DNA from: Octopus bimaculoides
Lineage: Eukaryota
Assembly (NCBI RefSeq): GCF_001194135.2
Contig: NC_068991.1
Span: 43,651,018 to 43,715,017, forward strand
Reading direction: 5' to 3'
DNA: 64,000 bases
The position numbers were made by a program, and so were the translations under genes. This document shows positions 50,793-62,829 of this stretch, one piece after another; within the stretch, counting starts at the first letter, position 1, and each line of letters begins with the position of its first letter. The notes beneath the pieces were generated by a model. The model did no database searches, was not told where the DNA came from, and was given only the letters and a program-made list of their open reading frames with translations.

Positions 50793-51410
50793 CATGGGTC
50801 ACCAAACTATGGCCCGCGACATCAATTTGTCTGGCCCACTGTCGTATGCTGAATAAAACAAACATGCTTTTATACTGCTTCTTACACTACTTAGATTATG
50901 CCTGTCGTATGTATACTGAGTCAGTCACATCATGCACTATGTATTTCACGCGCCATAATAATTACTACAGTACATCATGTATGCCTCGGGCTAGTCAGTT
51001 ATTAGTGATTACAATTAAAATGAGAATATCTGACGCTGAGGCCTAAGACTGCTTTTGTTTTTTCTTCACCCATCGTTATGGCTACTAAGAAGAGAAAGGT
51101 TGATGATGAATGTCGCATTTTCAATAAAGAATGGGGAGAAAAGTACTTCTTTGTGGAAACAAATGACCAGAAAGCTAGTTGCCTGATATGCAACGAAAGT
51201 GTTGTTGTAATGAAAGATACAATATTTGTTGTCACTATGAAGCAAAACATCTCTCAACACATTCTAAATATTCTGGAAAGTTGCAGTCCGAGAAATTTGA
51301 ATCTATGAAACATAGTTTAGAATCTCAAAGGAATTTCTTTATGAAAATGAATCTATCACTCGTGTAAGTTACAAAATAATGAATAAGTTGGCAGAGTGAG
51401 AAAAACCATA
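50793..51410 (+). mobile_element. hAT (SPIN/GTF2IRD2-type) transposon 5' fragment
   Basis: Left terminus CATGGGTCACCAAACTATGGCCCGCG; MATKKRKVDDECRIFNKEWGEKYFF...CLICNE..V.K.YNICCHYEAKH (zinc finger), frameshifted and truncated. Confidence 0.8.
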
Positions 51411-51788
51411 GTAGAAAAACCATTTCTTTTCTCATCTGATTCTGTTATAAGAGATCCTTCACAAAGAAAGCTTCAAAAGGGCTGATGCTGTTTGAGGGCT
51501 AAGTTCTTAATCTAGTAGTTTAATGTTGCTTATGAACTGTTTATGTTAAGACTATGGTTCTGTAGTGGCTAATTTAAATCAAACAGCAAGTTTACCAGCT
51601 GATGGCTAATGGAACCACAACAAACAGACAACTACTTATTACATGCATAAATTAGTTCTCAAAAGATATGGATTGTGACTACCACATCTTCAATTTTATA
51701 TTTTACACATGATACTGAGAGTCTAAAAAGATTTTTACAAGACACTATTATATTTGGATGTGAGCTTGTTGCAATCAGAAAGCCAAAG

Positions 51789-51854
51789 AATCATTAAATC
51801 ACTGCTTTAGAAGCAATATTTGAATATTGCTTCTATAGCAGTGATTTAATGATT
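51789..51854. repeat. Near-perfect 32-bp-stem hairpin
   Basis: AATCATTAAATCACTGCTTTAGAAGCAATATT-TG-AATATTGCTTCTATAGCAGTGATTTAATGATT, with one mismatch. Confidence 0.9.
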
Positions 51855-53799
51855 ATTTAATTTCTTTTCTTTGTTATGGAGGAAGTGCAACTCCTATAAC
51901 CTTTTGTAAAACCTCCAACACTGGTGGGAGAGAAGGGGAGAAAGCAACTAGGACACATGGGTTGCTACAGTAGAAAGCAGTGCATCAAGAATTTGAATTT
52001 TTCTCAAACTAGAAACCTGGTTAGACTACTTGCAACAGTAAAACTAAAGGCAGCCAAAAGCCAGATGGTGGTACTAAAATGGGTAACAGATAAAGTACTC
52101 CATCCCATAATATGGAACAACCAGAGGAGATTTTGCACAGTTTTTGCCCATCAAATTTCACTTACAGGACTTGGGTTGGCCTGAGGCTAGGGTTGAAAAC
52201 ACCAAAACAATTATGATACCATTCAGTTTTGCTGCCAAATATAGTGATGTTATAGGTTCATGTGGCAAAACAGATTTTCCAACGGTTTTTTCTAGTAAGA
52301 TATGTAGCAATCTTCTCTACCTGCAGTTATCACATTCGGTTAAAATGTCTTACAGTTAAGTCGGCTCTTATGAATTTCCCTGAAGAGAAGATTACATCTT
52401 TATCAACATCACTCATTCCTTTGGAAGAAACCATTTGTAATCTTCGAAACATATGTCGGAAATAAAAGAATTCATTTAACATATGCGTAATACTCCATTT
52501 ATTAAATTTATATATATATATATATATATAAGATTGTTATTTAAATTATCAATCATATTAAGTGGCCAACATGGGAATAAAAACCTTATAGGTAATAATT
52601 ATTATTAAAATTATAATTAAGGATATCTTTTAGATACCCATAATTATAATATATATATATGTATGTAGTGGGTTGTGCAGGCATGGCGTGGATTCGATCC
52701 TCAATCGCCAAATTTAACTTAACAGTAGAACGGACTTTTCCCATTGGGAAACATTAAGTTGACAGCAGTTACATTTGCCAGATGCCTTAACTGAGCAGAA
52801 TATCTTTGCTACTTGACCTCTGCTGACCTTTTTGCATGTGGGGGAGAGTTTAATTGATAGAACAATAGACCTACCCCACAAAATTACCCATTGTTTGGAT
52901 AACGGTATGTCTCTCTCGCGATAATTATATATACAGAAGATTTCCAAGCAAAAGTGGCCAAAAGGAGATGACAGAGAGGCGACCACAGGCAAAATCCAGT
53001 TAGCGAGATAATTCAACTGAGAGAACGCTTACCAGTGAGAATGTGAACTATGATACAGTGTCTTATTATAATACCACTGCTGTTCAAATGTCAGGCACCA
53101 TGAAGGTATTATTTTATCGAATCCCTACATTTGACATTCACTCTATCTTCCTCTAATTCCTAGTTGGGCAGCGAGCAGTTGACCAAACATAACCAGCATC
53201 AACATACAAGAAAAGATAAATCTATTGTTTTTATATGATACACACACTTGTCCGTCGGGGTAAGATATTATACTACGTAACGGTGAATAAATATTTCCTT
53301 AAAACTTCGATCGCTGTTCTTCTTGCATCTTGCATACTGGCAACCAGCACCTTAATACAACCGTTACAATTGGTGACCCTCAACTGCAACGAAGAACTAA
53401 CCGTTACACAGACACACACATATACGATGAGGGTTCCAATTGATCAATTCAACGGAACAGCCTGCTCGTGGAATTAACGTGCAAGTGGCTGAGCACTCCA
53501 CAGACACGTGTTCACTTAATGTAGTTCTCAGGGAGATCCAGCGTAACACAGAGTGTGACAAGGAAGCCACAGGAAAAAAGAGTGAAAGAGTACACCAAGA
53601 TCTTTCTGATTTGGCGGACACCATTTGTTTTCCAACGAAACACTTTCAAACTTGGGACACTGGTAGAATGTGTCATATAAAACATCTTCACAGCAGAGGA
53701 GAAAGCAATAAAGCACTCCACAGAGGCAATAAGGACAGCGGAATGAGTGCTCTTGCCTTCGTGCTGCGGCAAACGTGTAGCCAAGGTGCGAGTGAGTAA

Positions 53800-54121
53800 G
53801 GTGCCATCCGAACTGAAACTTTAAACACATGAACGCACTATACGATCAGGTAATCAGTATGCGTGCGCGCAACGACCGGAAGTTGTAATGGACTAGTATC
53901 GAAGGATCGCCCCGTAACCTGAGGTACCTGTAACGCTGGAGGGAGTGTATCCGTAAATATTTCAATAGATTTATCTCCCTTTATTTTAAAAACGAAAACT
54001 ACCGGAAGTCAAAAAGATTACCCACAATCTTTTACTTTCTACGTATCCGTTGTCTTGTTTGTCTCGCACATGTTTATTTACATCATTTTCGAGTCGTTTG
54101 GACTGTTAGCGTGAAAAAAAA
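53800..54121 (+). promoter_or_regulatory. EIF1AD proximal promoter and 5'UTR
   Basis: CpG-rich. Two canonical ETS sites CCGGAAGT (53876-53883, 54002-54009) and a GCGTGCGCGC NRF1-like motif (53861-53870) lie just upstream of the ATG. Confidence 0.55.
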
Positions 54122-54208
54122 ATGACTCATATAACTAAACGGAAATATGTGGCAAATGAATTACTCTACGAATTTGTTCTTCCAGAAAGCCATCAATACA
54201 TAGTTAAG
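54122..54208 (+). CDS. EIF1AD: Probable RNA-binding protein EIF1AD, coding exon 1
   Basis: MTHITKRKYVANELLYEFVLPESHQYIVK|gtaagt matches the EIF1AD N-terminus (TKRK.V..E....P...Q.IV); 87 nt, phase 0. Confidence 0.9.
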
Positions 54209-55247
54209 GTAAGTATTCATTTAAAAAGAGAAACCCATCTAATTTTCATTTTCACTTGTGTCATAGCAACATCGCAGCCCGTCCCCTTCCTGCATGTGAC
54301 GGAGGTAGGAATCAGTGGATATTGCTGAACATCTAGTATGGCATTTTAATGACTGGCTATGCCAATCACTAGAAAAATTATGAAAGTGTGTTAATATCTT
54401 TGTTCCTTAAGTTGGAATTTCTCCGTTTTTTGTTGCGATTTTCCATTTTGTTTTTGCATCCCGCATTTGGCGACGGTAAAGAATACGCGCACCACCCGTT
54501 TTCGGCGTTCAGGGTTAGTGTTACATCGAAAACGGCTTGTGTGCGTATTCTTTACCTCCGTCCCACATTTCAAAACAAGCAAGGGTGAGCCTTAAAAAAA
54601 ATTGTTGGTCTGTTATCATTCATTTCATGACAACTGGCAATCAGCTATTTTAGGGTTTTTTTGTTTTTGACAACTTTGCTTTATAAACCTTCTGGCACAT
54701 TGCCTCATTATATTAGACTATTTCATATCGCCTGCTTAGCCAAATCTTAGCAATGTTTCGTTATGGATATCAGAATAACGAAACTTTGCTCGGAAGGCAG
54801 TATACACTACACTGGCTTGTACATTATCTTGAATGACTTTGTTTCAGCGTATGCTGCAGAAAAACTTTATTTTCCATCTTAAATAATCCAATATTCCTTG
54901 GTAGTTCAGTACAAGCTGTGGTTTAGATTTGAAACCGCGTCAGTATAATAAACAATGGCCTTGATACATTAGGTGATCTTGGCCTAATTGTTAGCCAATA
55001 GTACTTCAGCTCAGTCATTTAATCGATAGAAAATTCCGCAAGTTTTCTACCAAAACATGGTCATTAATTGAGATGCATGCCAAACTTTTGTGGGCAGAGG
55101 GATAAGATGCGTGCAACTTGCCAGCATCCCAGAGAGGACAGGCGAACAAGATTCTTAGTCAGCTGCTCGACATCAGGTTAAAAGAATCACTTGTCTACCA
55201 TGAACGTAATATCCTCACTTCTCCAAACACTGACACAGGACCTTCCG

Positions 55248-56131
55248 GATCTTTCCCTTTGAACAGCACATCGAGAAATTAATTTTTGTAGCTAAACACT
55301 TTCAAACTTCGGACACTGGTAGAATGTGTCATATAAAACATCTTTTACTCTTAGTGTTGTTGAGAAAGGTTTATATTTTAAAAGTTGTTTCGTGTTAAAG
55401 TTGTCGTATTTCGGTAATTTCAACCAATCAATGACTTGTATTCAGCTGAATAAAATCACTGCTGTTGTTTGTCAACAACAACTATCGGCGGTGTATATTT
55501 CGTGTGTCACTGTTACTTATGACATCGTTCGTGCGTTTATACTGGTTTTAGCTTTAGGGTTTTAGAGTGAGGGTTAGGGTTTTAGGCTCAGGGTTAGGGT
55601 TGGGGTTTTAGAGTCAGGGTTAGGGTTAAGGATAGGGTTTTAGGTTCAGGGTTAGGGTTAGGGTTGTAATTTTAGGGTTAGAGTTACGGAAAAATGAAGA
55701 AATTGGAGGGGAATGTCTTTCCGAAAATAGTAGCCGAAAAACTAGGAAAAAAAAACAAACTAAAAGCAGAAATGCACGAACGATTGTGGTGGTGCCATGA
55801 AGTAAACATGCTTCAGATACACTCGTTTATTCATACAAACGTAACAGATGAAATATGTCATAAATAACAGTGACAAACGAAATATACACCGCCGGAAGTT
55901 GTTGACAAACAACAGCAGTAATTGTTTTCACCTCAATAGACGTCATTGGTTGGTTGAAATTACCGAAATACGACAACTTTAACACGAAATAACTTCGAAA
56001 ATACACAATTTTCTCAAAAACGCCAAGAGTAAATGACGTTTTATGTGACACATTCTACCAGTATACGAATTTTGAAAGTGTTTGGTTACAAAAATTATTT
56101 TTCAAATGTGCTGGCCAAAGGGAAAAAATCC
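55248..56131. repeat. Foldback element with about 280-bp inverted arms around a degenerate (TTAGGG)n tract
   Basis: 55248-55525 versus the reverse complement of 55855-56131, with TTAGGG variants at 55550-55690. Partial arm copies lie at 53638-53690 and 56438-56590. Confidence 0.8.
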
Positions 56132-57725
56132 ACCCTAAACCTTAAATACTGGGTGTACGTATTCTTTACTTTCGCCACAAATTGTTTTCTTGAAAACTTC
56201 AAATGGTCTTGGTTTTAATGAGTAACAATACACAGCTTATCCAAGTAACCGAAATACCCAAACACCCATTGAACAAGTTCTAGAAACATTTCCGCATATG
56301 TATGCAACACATCTTATGGCAGCGAGCACATTTACCTTTGGTAAATTTCGATACTTTAACATGCACTATTTTCACTAAGAAAAAAAACTCGGATTTTGGA
56401 TCTATTTTAAAACGGGGGCCACAGTATTTTCTTAACGAAACACTTTGAAACTTGGAACACTGGTAGAATGTGTCATATAAAACATCTTTTTTCTCTTAGA
56501 CTTCTTAAAAAGAAAAAGAAATCCTTAAGTTATTCCATGTTAAAGTTGTCGTATTTCTGTAATTTCAACCAATCACTGACGTCCATTCAACCGATATACA
56601 TTAAGTGCCGACTACATAAACAAACGATTCTGAAACAATTCTATCGGTGATAAAATTATTATTTCCTTGTCAAAAAATGGCTGAAGCATATTGGCAGTAG
56701 CTAATAAACCTTTCTATTATAGGCTAACCCTAACCCTAGGGTTAGTGTAAAACAGCAAATTTAAAAAGAAAAAAGCAAATAAAACGAAGCTATGGAGATT
56801 AAATACGCTTTACACCGCGTAATCAGCCAAAGGAGTAAATGTAAACAACTGAAATGGCTACTGGTCAGAATTATAAATTCATTCTATGTTAATGATGAAA
56901 TTCATATAGAGTATAAGCATCCTTTATATTGTTTTAAAATAGTTCATTTTATTTTAGTATTGCTATCCTTAATATTTCTTCATTTATTTAAAGTGAACTT
57001 TAGGTTTTCTTTACTTTGCTACTGTTTTGTATACTATATTTTGTCTTATAGTTGATATAGTAAATGCAGTAGTTTTCTAATTTCACTTGATTAAGTAATA
57101 AATTTCTATGTAATTCACTTTGCTGTTAATCATTTTACCATTAAAGAATTTCATTATTGTTTGAAAGTGAAAAATATCTCACTCTTTGAATTTTTTGTAG
57201 TATCTCATCATCATTTGACATTCATTTTCTTTGCTGGCATGGTTGGGTGGTTTGACAGGAGCTGGTAAGGCCAAGGGTTGCAACAGGCTCCTTTGTCTGT
57301 TTTGGCTTGGTGGTTTTAACATTGCATCAACACCAGTGCTTTTTACATGACACCAGCACTGACATGGTTACCGAGTAACTTGCAAACACACGCACACACA
57401 CACTAAAATATATATAGTATTTTGAACAAGAGTTTAGTGTCACCATCTCTAGCTGAGTGGGGATACTGAACTCCCTTGTTCAAAAATATAAGGACGCAGA
57501 TAGTGCATCAATAGCCAGCCGGAGACAATGTTTCCTGGAGCTAAATAACTGTAACATTTGTCCTAACCAGGACTGCCACATTATGTTGGTAAATGATCTT
57601 TACTCTAGAGTACTGTTACTGAATGCTTCTTGTTCAGAGAAATAATAATTTTTCTATTTATGAGATCAGTGACTTTGGAAAGTATATATTTCTAAGAGTT
57701 TAGTGTCACCATTTCTACCCAAACA

Positions 57726-57780
57726 ATTATTCTGTGCTGATGAGGAGAAATAACCCAGAAACCATTGGTACACGGATATT
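57726..57780 (+). ncRNA. Type-I hammerhead ribozyme-like motif (near-intact) in EIF1AD intron 1
   Basis: TCTGTG-CTGATGA-GGAGAAATAACCCA-GAAA-CCATTGG-TA-CACGGA: 6-bp stem I, full CUGAUGA/GAAA core, 3-bp stem III and a GUA cleavage triplet. The stem II closing pair is mismatched. Confidence 0.6.
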
Positions 57781-57928
57781 GCTATAGATATTATCTAACT
57801 TAAGAAAAGGGATTTCATGCAGTGTAATCATTAATTTGTAACTTGATTAACCGCATATATGTGGTTTGAATTCTATAAATGGGCTTGCATGAAAAATCTT
57901 ATCAGTCAATTTAATATCTACTTTTCAG

Positions 57929-58037
57929 GTGAAACACTGTCGTGGTAACAACTTGCATGAAGTTTGGAATGAAAAGGGAGAAGAACTTCTTGTCAGCATG
58001 CCACCAAAGTTTCGAAACCATTTTTACATCTTAAAAG
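57929..58037 (+). CDS. EIF1AD: EIF1AD coding exon 2 (eIF1A-like OB fold)
   Basis: ttcag|GTG...AAA G|gtttga; VKHCRGNNLHEVWNEKGEELLVSMPPKFRNHFYILKG; 109 nt. Confidence 0.93.
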
Positions 58038-59110
58038 GTTTGATTTAAATGCTCAGTTAAATTTTGCAATATAAACTTATTAATTTTATATTTTGTGACT
58101 TTTAAAATCTTAGATGCATTTTTTTTTTTTTTGGAATTAGGAATCAGAAACTTATATTATGACATATTTTTAAACAAGATAACATCTAGAATCCAATGAA
58201 ATTGCACATCGTCTCCATTGACAACAATTGGTCAATAAGTTCAATTTCTGTGAAGACTGTAAAATCTACTGTTTTGGGCATTGCTCTTTGTCTGACAATG
58301 AGGAAAAAGAAAAAAAAACATTATTGTCACTTAGGTTGTAGGCAATGAGAATAATTTTATAATAATCTTTAGACAGATTAATGAAAAGAATTCTCACCTA
58401 TAAGATACATTTGTAGGCTGAAAATAAAAGGCTTTAATAAGAAATACAATTAGGTGCTCATTAGTGATAGCTCCATATTGTAGTGCCTTAAACTAAGAAA
58501 CTAAGGCTTTACTTGGAAAATGTTGCAGTAGAGGTTGTTGTGTCTTGGGCAAGTCATTATGCCAATAAAAACAACACCACCACAGGTTCAATTTCACTCC
58601 TTTATTATTAGTTAATTGGTTACATATAACTAATCAATTAACTAATTGATTGTTTAACATGTTGGTTAGACAATCAGCTGGTTGTTTGTCTGTCAAAGTT
58701 CTTTCATTGCTGTTTGCAGCCTTTTTAGTGACCCATGACTCCCAACTCACTCCAAGGTTTGCTAGCATAATTATTCAGACATAAGATTTGTTTCAAATTC
58801 ACATCAAGAATCTTGCAACTCAATACAAAAACAAAATGAGTTGCAGTAGATATTTTTGTTTTAAAATATATTTTTATTATACAATAGGTGCTTCCCTACT
58901 ATATGATTCTGGGACCAGTTCCATTACATGGTACTGTGAGCAACTGTTTTCTGCTACAATTCCCATCTACCAAATCCTTGTGAGTGGATTTGATAGCTGG
59001 GAATTGAATGAAACCTATTTTGTGTGTGTGTATATACATATATATATATAATGATAGATCGCTAGCCACTACACATTTTTTAGTTTCTCTCCCTGTTTCT
59101 TTCTGTGTCC

Positions 59111-59146
59111 CTTTCTGTGGAAGAGCATAGGCTCGAAACGTTAAAG
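59111..59146 (+). ncRNA. Minimal hammerhead-like motif (A6U variant) in a short repeat, EIF1AD intron 2
   Basis: CTTT-CTGTGGA-A-GAGC(ATAG)GCTC-GAAA-CG-TT-AAAG: perfect stem II and a palindromic AACGTT stem III. Confidence 0.45.
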
Positions 59147-59239
59147 ACTTTTTGACTTCCCGAGCATTAAACTAACACATCTGTTTGTTGTCCACACCAC
59201 CCGTCTTTGTCTTTTTGTAAATTCTCCCTATATATATAA

Positions 59240-59276
<37 letters not shown>

Positions 59277-59729
59277 GTTCAAAAAAACAATAACAAAAAA
59301 ACAAAAAAACAACAAAGTGAGGACGTGATATGGATAGTATTATTGAACGCTCAGGAAAGGAAAGATATATATATATATATATATATNNNNNNNNNNNNNN
59401 NNNNNNNNNNNNNNNNNNNNNNNNNNNNNNNNNNNNNNNNNNNNNNNNNNNNNNNNNNNNNNNNNNNNNNNNNNNNNNNNNNNNNNNNNNNNNNNNNNNN
59501 NNNNNNNNNNNNNNNNNNNNNNNNNNNNNNNNNNNNNNNNNNNNNNNNNNNNNNNNNNNNNNNNNNNNNNNNNNNNNNNNNNNNNNNNNNNNNNNNNNNN
59601 NNNNNNNNNNNNNNNNNNNNNNNNNNNNNNNNNNNNNNNNNNNNNNNNNNNNNNNNNNNNNNNNNNNNNNNNNNNNNNNNNNNNNNNNNNNNNNNNNNNN
59701 NNNNNNNATATATATATATATATAAATAA

Positions 59730-60460
59730 ATGGTCAGAGATTTAGGGACACCCTAATTGAGAAATTTTATGTGAAGTAGGAGGAACTACAGACTTGTTAC
59801 ATAGAGGGCAACTGAGAGTTCCTACAGGACAGCTTGCTGTGCATCACTAACTAAATCTGTGGCTGATGCAGAGTCCCACCGAGACCTAGGGTGACATGGT
59901 GATGGAACAATGTTGTAGACAAGGCTATTAGAGCAAAGAAACAGAACTGGAAGAATGGTGGTGGCAGAGAACTATATCAGGTAGTTAGGAGGGAGGCTAG
60001 AAGATAGGTATACTTATTCAGGGGAGAAGAAGAAAGGAGGCAGTTTGCCAATGTTCTGCAGCATAAAGACTTGAGGGGTTTCAAATTGCAAGACAGTGTC
60101 ACAGAAAATCGTGACATGGTAGGAGAGAAGTGTGTTCGCATGGATAATGGCTCACTTGCAATTAGTGATTCTGCATAGAAAGAGGCTTAATGCATGGAAG
60201 AAGGAGAGCCTGCCTAGAGTGAACCCAACAGAATTGACAGTTGCTTAGTACATAATGCAATCAAGGATACAAAGACAGGGAAATCCCCTGGCCCTTCAGG
60301 AATCTTTGCTGAGATGCTTAATATATTTGGTGGAGTGGGATATGATCTTGTCACCCATAGAGTTAATCAGGTTGTCCACCATGGATTGGTACTTAGCCCC
60401 CTCTTGTTTATCATAGTTTTCCAAGCTATAACTGAGGAATTTCAGACTGGCTGCCCTTAT
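59730..60460 (+). mobile_element. RTE LINE internal fragment (EN-RT linker and deleted RT)
   Basis: KTGKSPGPSGI.AEML and LSPLLFIIVFQAITEEFQTGCP are shared with the other RTE copies. Confidence 0.7.
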
Positions 60461-61833
60461 GAATGTCACTGTCATACACTGGTGTCCTTCATTTCCAGTC
60501 TTCCTTGAAAACTTGTCTGGCCATGGGAAAATATTACTTTACTTGGAAATGGGTGAAAGTTAGTGAGAAGACAGGCTTCCAACCATAGAAAATTCTGTCT
60601 GACTCAGACAAGCATGGAAAAGTGGATATTCAAACATGAACATGATGAATAGCTATAGTTTCCAGTGATCCTGATAGATTAGAACAGTAAACAAGATGAG
60701 ATTGGAGGTATTTATGGGATGCTTGAAAAATTAAATTTTGTTGTTAGAAAGGATAAAAACAGAAAGGTAGTTTCAAGGAATGAATGTCTTTAGAGTAAAC
60801 TATTGCATGTTCTTCTTGACATGAAGCTTAAGGAAAAATATAGTTTAAGTAACAATATGTAGAGATGTCTGTACAACATTTTCCATGAAGTGGGACACTA
60901 CTGAATAAGAAACTAAAGTACATTTCCTTTTGGATTGGGAAGAGGAAAGAAAATATGAAGAGAAGATGCTAACAAAGGATTTGTGTGTACACAGAGTGCA
61001 TGTTTAGTTTCCAAGTATTCTGAAATGGCAAATGTGCACTTACATGTTTGAAAAAATGAATCCACAGATATGTACACACACAAAATCATTTAACGTCTAT
61101 TAAGCAGTTTTGGCTCAGAATAGTATTCTGTATATCTTATTTAATGTAGATATACTACTGAAGACCACAAAACTGCACAGAACTGTAGAGTTTGTCTCGA
61201 GAAAGCTTGTATAGATGTTTTGTGCTTGTCATAAACCAGTTCAAAGAAAGCTTTTATTCAAACTTTATTTCTGCTTGCCATCTAATTCGTTAATCACGGC
61301 TTTCTAATGATTTAAGATGCCTTGTTTTATATTAGGTAAAGACAGTATCCATCTATCAACATTATTTGTACTCAGTACAAAATAAGATATCTATATTTTT
61401 ATCTATTATTTACTTTTGTAGAAAGGAATTAATGATAGGATATTATAATTCATAACACGTGTTAAAAAGCATAGAAGTATATCAGCAGCATTAGTGGAAT
61501 TGCTAAATCATGATTTCTGCATCATTGCATGAAATCAGTAGCAAGTGTCCACTATCAGTTGCATGCTTAGACAAATTTCGCTGCTACTGATATAGAAAAA
61601 CAGTGATATCTGGCTTTTGTTGACATGGAGAAAGCCTTTGACAGAATTCCCTGCTTCTTTATCTGGTGGGCAATTACTGGTATTGCATGTAGATAAAATA
61701 GATGCTTTCACAATAAGGTTACTTTGATTATGTCTTGTACATGGTGACTGTATATGTTAAAAAAATTAGAGAACAAAGATTATAATTCATTATAATAATA
61801 AAATTATTATTCTAACCTCTTTTTGTTTTTTAG

Positions 61834-61942
61834 GGATGTTTCTCATAGTAGAGCCCATAGCTGAAGGTGTAAAGGTGAAAGCTGAAATTGTTAGAATCCT
61901 TTATAAGGAACAAATAAATTATATTATTAGTAAAGGAGCATG
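61834..61942 (+). CDS. EIF1AD: EIF1AD coding exon 3; gene continues beyond the window
   Basis: tttag|GG ATG...GCA TG|gtaag; GMFLIVEPIAEGVKVKAEIVRILYKEQINYIISKGAW; 109 nt. Confidence 0.93.
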
Positions 61943-62829
61943 GTAAGTATATGCAATATATTTACAATTACCTATTTGGTTAATCTTTATTCATTTGCAT
62001 GTTTATTTTAAGCAGTATTAGTTTCATTGCAGTCTTTATTGAAGAGCAAGTTTTTCTTTTTAAGGAGATAACTTATAACCACGGAAATTCATAATGATCT
62101 GAAAGAACACCTGACTGTTTTCTGTAAACATAATTTTTAGCATGATCTGTTATTGTCAGACATTTCAGAGGTTGATTGTTTTCAGTAAAAAGACATTTTT
62201 TATTTAACATTTAGACCAAGTACCAGGAAATAAGTAACTCTTGAAAATTTTGTTTTACTTCTTGCATTTGTGAACAATAGCATTGTTAGATGTTTCTTGT
62301 TAAATGGGGTTCCAGCAGTCTAACCACTGGTTCACTGCATTTCCAATACCAAGAGCTACAATGAGTGTCTGTGTATTCAGCCTCTGAATGCCTATATTCT
62401 GTCAGCAAAGATGCTTCCGACCACAGTTTTTGGAAGTTTGCCGAATTTGTGATGAGAGCTATCTTTTGATAGCTAGGTGCAGAAAGCTCTTGTCCAAAAT
62501 GTAGGTCATAGCATCATGTGTTGAGAGGGTGTGAGCAGATGTGACTATTCTCATAAAACATCATACTGAAGTGGCAGCATTCCTCTGAGTCTAATAGATT
62601 GCAACTTATGTAATTTTATAGAACACTGTTGCTTTAGTAAATATCCTCAGTGATATATACTGTGAACCGAGATAATAGTTTATGATGATTTTTTTAGATT
62701 TTGTAAATAACTACCTGAAGGATTTTAAGAAAATTTTCATGATAGTACAGTACACTATTTTTGGTTTGTATACAAAATTCATTGTACGTAGCTGTCTTAG
62801 TTTTCATATTATTTAGTATATTTGTTTTT

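Noticed and set aside
53440-53830. Overlapping 90-119 aa ORFs upstream of EIF1AD (possible divergent gene)
   Set aside because: They partly translate the foldback repeat arm and show no recognisable motif. A strong minus-strand donor near 53030 has no coding exon attached.
55550-55690. Interstitial telomere or chromosome fusion site
   Set aside because: The tract is short, degenerate and enclosed by the arms of a dispersed repeat, so a TE-internal microsatellite is more parsimonious.
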